This document shows positions 57,580 through 64,000 of a DNA stretch of 64,000 nt, one piece after another. Every line of letters begins with the position of its first letter. Within the stretch, counting starts at the first letter, position 1. The stretch spans positions 620,115-684,114 of the forward strand of contig OZ246408.1 in assembly GCA_965231015.1 (NCBI GenBank), written 5' to 3'. This DNA comes from an uncultured Gammaproteobacteria bacterium (GTDB lineage: Bacteria; Patescibacteriota; Patescibacteriia; UBA9934; CAZDDW01). The notes beneath the pieces are model-generated. The model saw only the letters and a list, made by a program, of their open reading frames with translations, was not told where the DNA came from and ran no database searches. Both the position numbers and the translations under genes were made by a program.

Positions 57580-59148
57580 CTATTTAATCGGCAAGCTAAA
57601 CCAGAAGGTCGAACCTTTCCCTTCTTCACTCTCAAACCCGATTTTTCCCTTATGAGCTTTGATAAACGATTGGGTAATAAACAAACCTAAACCAACCCCA
57701 TCCTGGTTCATGACCTGGGCGTTAGAAGCCCGAAAAAAGCGTTTGAAAATATTTTTCTGTTCAGACTTGGGAATTCCAATTCCCTGGTCTTTTACCTTGA
57801 CCACCACCTGTTTTTTCTCAACCCCCAACTCTACCCACACAGTCCCCCCATCCGCTGTGTAACGAATGGCATTGTCTAGCAATATTTCTATGGTGCACCG
57901 GATCTTCTCGGAATCAAAATCCATTAAATCCAATTCCTTACCAGGGCCTTTATATTTAATAACGATATTATTATTTTGGGCTTTAGGCCGAAATAACTCT
58001 ACAATTGATTTAACCAAACTCTCCATATCCGTTCCCACGGTTTCAAGAGTCAAATGCCCTCGCTCAATATCAAGCGCTGTATTCATGTTGCCAATCAACC
58101 GTAGAACATCTTCTTCACTATCTAAGGCACGGCGTATGAATGCTTCATGTTCCGGATTTAAAGCCCCGAATTGTCCGGAAAGCAAGGACTCCAGGTTCCA
58201 CCTGATTTCATTAAGAGGAGTTCTGGTGACATGGGTTAAGGCTGTGATAAAACGGGACTTTAAGACATCAAATTCTTTTTCTTTTTCTTCAGCCTGTTTT
58301 CGTTCCGTTATGTCCACCAGCGACGCCACCGACTGTTTAGTTCCCTCAATCATGGCCAAGTTGGCCAAAACATCATGAACCTTCCCATCCCGGTCAATAA
58401 ACTTAAACTCATAAACACTTGGGACAGAGCTCGGGTCAATCCGCCGCATCATGTGATACTTCAACATCATTGGCAAATACCGTTTCATGACAAAATTCGT
58501 CCATTTCTTTTTTCCCTCAATCTCGTTTTTTGAATACCCGGACACTTCACAAAACTTCTTATTGACATAAGAAATAGTTTGATTCTCTTCCACAATACAC
58601 GTAGCCGCACCAGTATTTTCCAATAACGTTTTATAACGTTGTTCACTTTGCTCCAGCTGATTTGTCTTTTGTTTACGAAGCGAAATATCCAGTGCTGTGA
58701 AAACCACCCCCCTGCTTCTATCTCCGGAATAGATATAAGCCGAGCTTAAAGAAACATCAATTATTTCTCCATTTTTCTTTTGCATCTGTGTTTCCACACG
58801 TCCCACTCCCTGCTCTTCGATTTCTTGATACTTAACCTTACCAACCCGATCATAAGCCGCCTTACTGGGATAAAGAATCCTGGCGTTTTTTCCTATGAGC
58901 TCCTTTTCTTCATACCCCAACATTTCACAAAAACGATCATTGACTTCCATAAGATTTCGTTTTTCATCAATTATCCCCATACCCACCGGCGAAGCTTTAA
59001 CAATACCCTGATATAACGCCTGTTGTTTGCTAAGTTCCTTTTTGGTTTGTTCCAACTGAAAATAGGCTGAACGAAGAAGCTCAACTTCAAACTGAAGGTT
59101 CTGACACTGCTTTAAAACGTCTTCTTTTGTCTTATTTTTATCAGCCAT
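57580..59148 (-). CDS. Cytoplasmic PAS-domain sensor histidine kinase
   Basis: 522 aa with no TM segment. It has a coiled-coil, two PAS domains, a HisKA H-box LTHVTRTPLNEI, and HATPase_c (GLGLFITQSFIKAHKGKIGFESEEGKGSTFWFSLP). Confidence 0.85.
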   Translation of the reverse strand: MADKNKTKEDVLKQCQNLQFEVELLRSAYFQLEQTKKELSKQQALYQGIVKASPVGMGIIDEKRNLMEVNDRFCEMLGYEEKELIGKNARILYPSKAAYDRVGKVKYQEIEEQGVGRVETQMQKKNGEIIDVSLSSAYIYSGDRSRGVVFTALDISLRKQKTNQLEQSEQRYKTLLENTGAATCIVEENQTISYVNKKFCEVSGYSKNEIEGKKKWTNFVMKRYLPMMLKYHMMRRIDPSSVPSVYEFKFIDRDGKVHDVLANLAMIEGTKQSVASLVDITERKQAEEKEKEFDVLKSRFITALTHVTRTPLNEIRWNLESLLSGQFGALNPEHEAFIRRALDSEEDVLRLIGNMNTALDIERGHLTLETVGTDMESLVKSIVELFRPKAQNNNIVIKYKGPGKELDLMDFDSEKIRCTIEILLDNAIRYTADGGTVWVELGVEKKQVVVKVKDQGIGIPKSEQKNIFKRFFRASNAQVMNQDGVGLGLFITQSFIKAHKGKIGFESEEGKGSTFWFSLPIK

Positions 59149-59150
59149 GT

Positions 59151-59516
59151 TTATTTGATAATTTTCTTGATTCTCTTTACTAAATCCTCTCGATCAAAAG
59201 GCTTAACAATATAATCAGAAACCCCCTGCTTTTTCATGACTTTTATTTTTTCCTCGTCTGCCTCTAAGACGGTTAGAAAAGCGATTCGTGCCGTGGAATT
59301 TCTTTCTTGAATCCTGGAAAGAAGTTCCCAGCCTGACATTTCCGGCATCATAATATCCAACAAAAACAGGTTGTAGGTATTATTTTTCATCTTCTTTAAA
59401 GCCTCGCTTCCACTGGTCGCTGAATCCACGACATAACCCTCTTGATCTAAAATTAAACGCACAACGTCCAATGTGTCCTGGTCATCATCAACGTGTAGAA
59501 TGGTTTTTCCTGGCAT
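59151..59516 (-). CDS. Stand-alone response-regulator receiver (CheY-like)
   Basis: 121 aa: ILHVDDDQDTLD...LFLLDIMMPEMSGWELL...YIVKPF. The phospho-acceptor Asp and conserved Lys are present, with no output domain. Confidence 0.85.
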   Translation of the reverse strand: MPGKTILHVDDDQDTLDVVRLILDQEGYVVDSATSGSEALKKMKNNTYNLFLLDIMMPEMSGWELLSRIQERNSTARIAFLTVLEADEEKIKVMKKQGVSDYIVKPFDREDLVKRIKKIIK

Positions 59517-59520
59517 ATTT

Positions 59521-62454
59521 TTAGTTAGGGAAATTAATCATTACATCCGTACCTTTGCCGCGACCTGAGCTTGTTAGACGAACGTCACCACCGTAGATTT
59601 GTACCAGACCTTTTACAATAGCCAAGCCCAGTCCGGTTCCTTCATATTTTCTGGCCGCACCAACACTGGCCTGATAAAAAGGTTCAAAGATTTTTTCTTG
59701 CTCTTTTTTAGTTAAACCGATTCCCTTATCTTTAACTGTAATTTCAGTTCCCTGCTTTGTTTTTTTGGCTGAAATAACAACTGCCCCGCCTGATTTATTA
59801 AACTTAATCGCGTTTTCGATTACCTCATCCAGTATTCTTTTTAAGAGTCCCGGATCTGCCTTAACCATTAACCCAGCCTTTACTCTGTTTTGAATAAATA
59901 TCTTTTTATCTTTGATCTGCTTTTCTTTTTCACCCAACACTTCTTGAACAGTTTTCAACAGAGCATGTTTGGTTTTTTTGATTTTAACCTGGCCACTCTG
60001 AATCTTGGTCATCATCAAAAAGTCACTAATCAAATTCCTTAAACGCTCCTCACCTCTTGCCACCATTAACAAAGCTTCTCGTTGTTGGTCTGACAAATCA
60101 CCAAACTCACCCTCTAGCAGTAGATCGGTTTGTAAACGAATCGGCACGAGTGGTGTATTTAATTCGTGGGCGGCCACTTGAATAAACTCATTCCGTACTC
60201 CCCTTGCCTCAACTAATTGTTCCGCCAATCTTTCCACGTGACTACGGTTATAATCCACCCCACGGTACCCAACCGGCTCCCCGGTCTCATCAACAATAGG
60301 TCTTCCATCAGTCACCAAATTAACCTCATGTCCGTCTTTGTGCAGATTGGTATTAGCAAAATCATTTATCGCTTCTTGCTTTTTAAAGGCGGCAAAAGCC
60401 AGCTCTTTTAGCTTCTTTCGTTCACCCGGTACAAAGAGATCATAAAAATGCTTTTTTCCAACTATCTCTTCCGGTTTATACCCTAAAATATCTTCTACGG
60501 CCGGACTTGAATACGTATACAACCCCTTCACATCAACCTCCCAGATCCATTCATGAGCGGTTTCAGCCACGTGCTCAAAACGGGCTTCAGCTTTTTTAGC
60601 ACGCCTAAAGGCGGCACTTTTCTCCGTGACATCAACCAGGGAGGCCACTGATTGTATGGTGCCTGGAATAAGTGAAATATCCAAACGGGCGGTTTTTTTG
60701 TCACCTTTTCGATTAACAAAATCAAACTCGTAAGAACTTGGTGGAGCAAGCCTTGTTCCGCTCTTACGTCGCGCTTCATGATACTTCTTCATCATCTGTA
60801 AAAACCTCTGATCAACAAACTTGGTCCAGCTCATTTTTCCCTCCACCTCTTCTTTAGAATAGCCGGTTAGTTCAGCGAACTTTTGGTTTGCTAAGGAAAT
60901 AATTGTATTAGGCTCAACAATACACATGGCCGTGGCCGCGTTGTCAATAATCGATCGATAATACTCTTCTTTCTTTTCAATCTCCTCTGTACGTTCCTCA
61001 ACTGTTTGTTCAAGTTCTTCTAAGATCTGCTCTCGCTCCTTGCCTAAATTAACTCGCTCGGTTACGTTCGAGGCCATCAACATCAAACTGCGCTCATATT
61101 TTCCGTTTTGTTCAGTCACCACCGGCACCCCACGGTAGTGGTGCCACTGAATATCTGTGCCATCGAGCGGCTCAAACTGTAACTCAACCTCAATACTATT
61201 TCCTTCTAATCCCTGTTTGATAAATTTATCAAGTCCGGACTCTTTATAAGCACGGATCTGAAAAACATTTTTGTTCATTAGTGCTAAACGGCTTTCCACA
61301 CCAACCAGCTCTGACATTTTAGAATTAAGTGACGTGATAATCCCGTTTTTATCGAGTGTCATGATCCCAAGAGGAGCGTTTTCAAATAACAATGAAAGGT
61401 TTCCTCTGGTTGAACGCAGTGTTTGCACCAGATCATTAAAAACTTTCGCTAAAACACCAAACTCATCCACGGCTTTGACTTTTAGTTCTGTGTCCAGGTC
61501 CCCGCTTTCCAATTCCTTCATGGCCTGACTGAATTTACGCATGGTTCTAATCTTGACCGAAACAACAAAACTGGCTAGAAATACCATTATAATGGCGGTG
61601 ATTAAAACAATGCCGACGGTGCTATTCTTGATGAAATTTGAGCCGAAATAAAATTCTTGTTTTTCCTGGACCCCTACAATATACCAATTAGGTAAACCGG
61701 TGTGGCCGTTCATGTGTTCCACCGGCAAAGCTATGGTGACATAACTATCGTTTCCTTCATACGCTTCAGCCGGACTTAAAATTTCATCAGTTCCAGCCCC
61801 GGTAACTACGCGCCCAAAAACATCTTTTAAAAATACAAATCCGGTTTCTCCTACGGAAATTTTTTCTGAGAAACGCCAAATATCTTCTACGTCCACCTGA
61901 AAAACCAGAACCTCAATAACCGCATCGGAATCGTTTTTAATCGGCACCAGATAATTCACCACTTCTTTTTGTGGCCTTGGGATGACCTGTACCGGAGAAA
62001 AAACCGGTGATCCATCAAGAGCGGTCTTAAAACTCTCTGATTCGGACCAGGTGGTTCGAAAATTGTACCGTGAGGCGGCCAGCACCGTACCGTTTGTATC
62101 GAGTAAAATAATATCGTCATAAACATCAAAAAGCTCGTTATACTCTTTTAGAAGACTTTCTCTTTCAGCGGTTGATAGGGTCATTTTTTGCAGATTTGCA
62201 TCACTCACTAATACGATTGAGTTGTGAACAACCTCTTCAATCACCAGAGCCACAATCTGCCCGGCTTGCGTGGCAGCTTGATTTAACGCTTCAAAACTCT
62301 GTTTTTCTTGATATTTGCTGATGCGTGGAATAACAAAACCAAAAAACGAAACGGATAAAATACTCAACAATAACAACCCCCCTAATCCCGCCTGATAGGC
62401 TAAGGGGAACTTTGGCTTTAATTTATTTTTATTTCTTTCCTCCTTTTGGGTCAT
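59521..62454 (-). CDS. Transmembrane multi-PAS sensor histidine kinase (977 aa) with large extracytoplasmic sensor domain
   Basis: TM1 LAYQAGLGGLLLLSILSVSFFGFVI, a ~250-aa periplasmic (Cache-like) region, TM2 VGIVLITAIIMVFLASFVVSV, HAMP, three PAS domains, H-box AAHELNTPLVPI, and HATPase_c GTGLGLAIVKGLVQIYGG. Confidence 0.85.
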   Translation of the reverse strand: MTQKEERNKNKLKPKFPLAYQAGLGGLLLLSILSVSFFGFVIPRISKYQEKQSFEALNQAATQAGQIVALVIEEVVHNSIVLVSDANLQKMTLSTAERESLLKEYNELFDVYDDIILLDTNGTVLAASRYNFRTTWSESESFKTALDGSPVFSPVQVIPRPQKEVVNYLVPIKNDSDAVIEVLVFQVDVEDIWRFSEKISVGETGFVFLKDVFGRVVTGAGTDEILSPAEAYEGNDSYVTIALPVEHMNGHTGLPNWYIVGVQEKQEFYFGSNFIKNSTVGIVLITAIIMVFLASFVVSVKIRTMRKFSQAMKELESGDLDTELKVKAVDEFGVLAKVFNDLVQTLRSTRGNLSLLFENAPLGIMTLDKNGIITSLNSKMSELVGVESRLALMNKNVFQIRAYKESGLDKFIKQGLEGNSIEVELQFEPLDGTDIQWHHYRGVPVVTEQNGKYERSLMLMASNVTERVNLGKEREQILEELEQTVEERTEEIEKKEEYYRSIIDNAATAMCIVEPNTIISLANQKFAELTGYSKEEVEGKMSWTKFVDQRFLQMMKKYHEARRKSGTRLAPPSSYEFDFVNRKGDKKTARLDISLIPGTIQSVASLVDVTEKSAAFRRAKKAEARFEHVAETAHEWIWEVDVKGLYTYSSPAVEDILGYKPEEIVGKKHFYDLFVPGERKKLKELAFAAFKKQEAINDFANTNLHKDGHEVNLVTDGRPIVDETGEPVGYRGVDYNRSHVERLAEQLVEARGVRNEFIQVAAHELNTPLVPIRLQTDLLLEGEFGDLSDQQREALLMVARGEERLRNLISDFLMMTKIQSGQVKIKKTKHALLKTVQEVLGEKEKQIKDKKIFIQNRVKAGLMVKADPGLLKRILDEVIENAIKFNKSGGAVVISAKKTKQGTEITVKDKGIGLTKKEQEKIFEPFYQASVGAARKYEGTGLGLAIVKGLVQIYGGDVRLTSSGRGKGTDVMINFPN

Positions 62455-62457
62455 AAT

Positions 62458-63520
62458 TTAGACCTGACTTTGGTCTAAGAATAAAAGTAATCGTGACCAA
62501 GTCTGAACGTATAAACTATCCGCTACAATCGCGTCTCCCCAACTGACCAACTTTTCCCACTGGCTCTCGCTCGGATATATAAAAGGGTTGTTTAACCGAT
62601 CTTCGTCCACTAAACACGCGTCATAAATAGCCTGGTTTGGGTTGGCGTAATAGGTATAATTAGTGACCGCGGCGTGCACATCAGGGCGCAAGACATAATT
62701 GATAAACGCTTCTGCGGTTTGTTGGCGAAGCGTGCCGGCCGACACGGCCATGACGTCGTAAAAAGCCATGGCTCCACTGTCCGTAATCAAGACTTTCAAG
62801 TTTGGATTTGCTTCTTTGGCCACTACCGCCTCGCTATTATAAAGATGACCGATCCAAATTTCTTCTTCAATTAATTGATCCCGGATATCAATTGGATCCT
62901 CTACAGTTGCGCCGTTGGTAATTATTTTCTCCAGAAAATCTTCTACTTCACTAAAAGCTTCCGGATCACTTTCACTGACTTCATAACCATTATTAGAGAG
63001 CTACCCTGTTTTGAAAACATTGGTCTGATAAATCCTGCCAACCATCCAGACCAGAAACATATTTGGTGTTGTAGACAAGCGGAGTAAAACCATGGTCATA
63101 AAACATGGAATATCGACTACCTGAGTCATAATCTGGATTATGAAGACACTCCATGAGATGGTTGAAATTTGGAACGTTATCATGGTTAACCCTGTTTACT
63201 AAACGATAATCAATCAGTTCAGATAGTAATCTTCCCGAAGGGAAAATAACGTCATATGCTCCCGGGTCGTTTTGTAGCACAGTAATGATTTGATCTTCGT
63301 CTTCAAAAGTCTCAACAATTAAATCAACCGAATACTCTTCTTCAAAGACCTGAATGACCTCTTCCTGAATAAATTCTTCCCAGGTGTAAATTTTCAGTTC
63401 AGAATCAAGACCAATGATTTGGTGCTGGGTTTGATAAGACTTAACTAACATCCAAGTTAAAAGAGCCAGAGAAATTACAAATACGGAAATTAAAAACCTA
63501 AAAAAGACACGCTTGTTCAT
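62458..63520 (-). pseudogene. PotD/PotF-like polyamine-type periplasmic binding protein, interrupted by a +1 frameshift near 62995
   Basis: Track ORFs 62993..63520 (signal peptide, LKIYTWEEF..., YDVIFPSG..., TPLVYNT) and 62458..62823 (FINYVLRPDVHAAV) are the N and C halves of a single SBP. The C-terminal frame is open all the way from 62997. Joining the halves needs a +1 shift at CTC-TAA-T. Confidence 0.6.
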
Positions 63521-63625
63521 AGAATCACGTTATTTGTTTAAATTATATCATGTTTACGATTTCAAAACTAAAAAATTTGACCAAGCTTTAAATAAAGTTA
63601 TAAGATTGTTTTCTGGAGGTGAGAG

Positions 63626-64000
63626 ATGGTGCCCCCGAGAAGGCAAGAGTGGGATCGCTACATGGTCTGTTACGATGTGGTTGTGGCTCGACTGTGGCCA
63701 TACCGACAGCTGATCAATCTGGTGCTTGATGCCCTCGCTGTGAAGCCGGGTCAGCGAATCCTGGATGCCGGTTGTGGTACCGGGGTGTTGCTCAAGACCG
63801 TGGCCGACCTCGATTTCAAGGTTGACCTCATCGGCATTGATGCCCAGACCTCGGCTACAGAGCGAGCAGAAGACAAGCTCGGTGATGCCGCGCACATCGT
63901 ACGGGAAAATCTGAATCAACCCAACTGGATCAACGGCATTCTCGAGTCCGTTGACACCATGGTATCCGTCAACGCACTTTACATCCTGGAGGATCCGTAC
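63626..64000 (+). CDS. Class I SAM-dependent methyltransferase, N-terminal part (GC-rich cassette, runs off the window end)
   Basis: SD TGGAGGTGAGAG directly before the ATG at 63626. MVPPRRQEWDRYMVCYDVVVARLWPYRQLINLVLDALAVKPGQRILDAGCGTGVLLKTVADLDFKVDLIGIDAQTS... contains motif I LDAGCGTG. The region is visibly GC-rich. It is missed by the ORF track because there is no stop inside the window. Confidence 0.65.
   Translation, partial: MVPPRRQEWDRYMVCYDVVVARLWPYRQLINLVLDALAVKPGQRILDAGCGTGVLLKTVADLDFKVDLIGIDAQTSATERAEDKLGDAAHIVRENLNQPNWINGILESVDTMVSVNALYILEDPY

Noticed and set aside
62990-63000. Programmed +1 ribosomal frameshift in the PotD-like gene
   Set aside because: CTC-TAA-T lacks a prfB-type CUU-UGA slippery context or an upstream SD-like stimulator. 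A pseudogene or sequencing error is more parsimonious.
63554-63919. Minus-strand 121-aa ORF
   Set aside because: It is antisense to a GC-rich methyltransferase frame that has motif I and a perfect SD, so it is an artefact of the high GC.

Overview
This 64 kb window is low-GC DNA (about 42-45% by eye) in which most genes lie on the minus strand, consistent with a small, reduced bacterial genome. The giant surface proteins, DUF192, the uvrB-uvrA-uvrC cluster and core genes without Shine-Dalgarno (SD) sequences point to a CPR/Patescibacteria-type organism, but that assignment is an inference. Recognisable core genes, left to right: secA (N-terminus only), hpf, murB, murC, glyA, folD, an amino-acid permease, a NUDIX hydrolase, dnaB-ybaB-recR, a small nucleotidyltransferase plus the CCA-adding enzyme, rplU, DUF192, a WecA/MraY-family transferase, a Memo-AMMECR1 fusion, a membrane-anchored ClpB-like ATPase, tgt, a truncated dcw cluster (mraZ-rsmH-ftsL) with an MraZ-box array, uvrC, uvrA and uvrB in a row, an NMNAT-like gene and DUF362. 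A roughly 15.7 kb surface/adhesin operon follows, containing a 3566-aa giant protein with a phage-tail-fibre-type C-terminal intramolecular chaperone (Peptidase S74) domain, then tRNA-Gln(UUG), and a two-component cluster (cytoplasmic PAS kinase, receiver, 977-aa transmembrane PAS kinase, and a frameshifted PotD-like binding protein). The most striking pattern is a set of about ten compact GC-rich cassettes (roughly 50-57% GC). They sit exactly in intergenic spacers of the core genome. Their genes carry canonical GGAGG SD sites that core genes here lack, and several have textbook TTGACA-17-TAnnnT promoters and hairpin/T-tract terminators. They encode unrelated orphan proteins; two (islands B and D) look non-coding. 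Three of them fill consecutive spacers of the uvrC-uvrA-uvrB cluster, and one contains tandem paralogues. No CRISPR array, rRNA gene or classical IS/transposase was seen.
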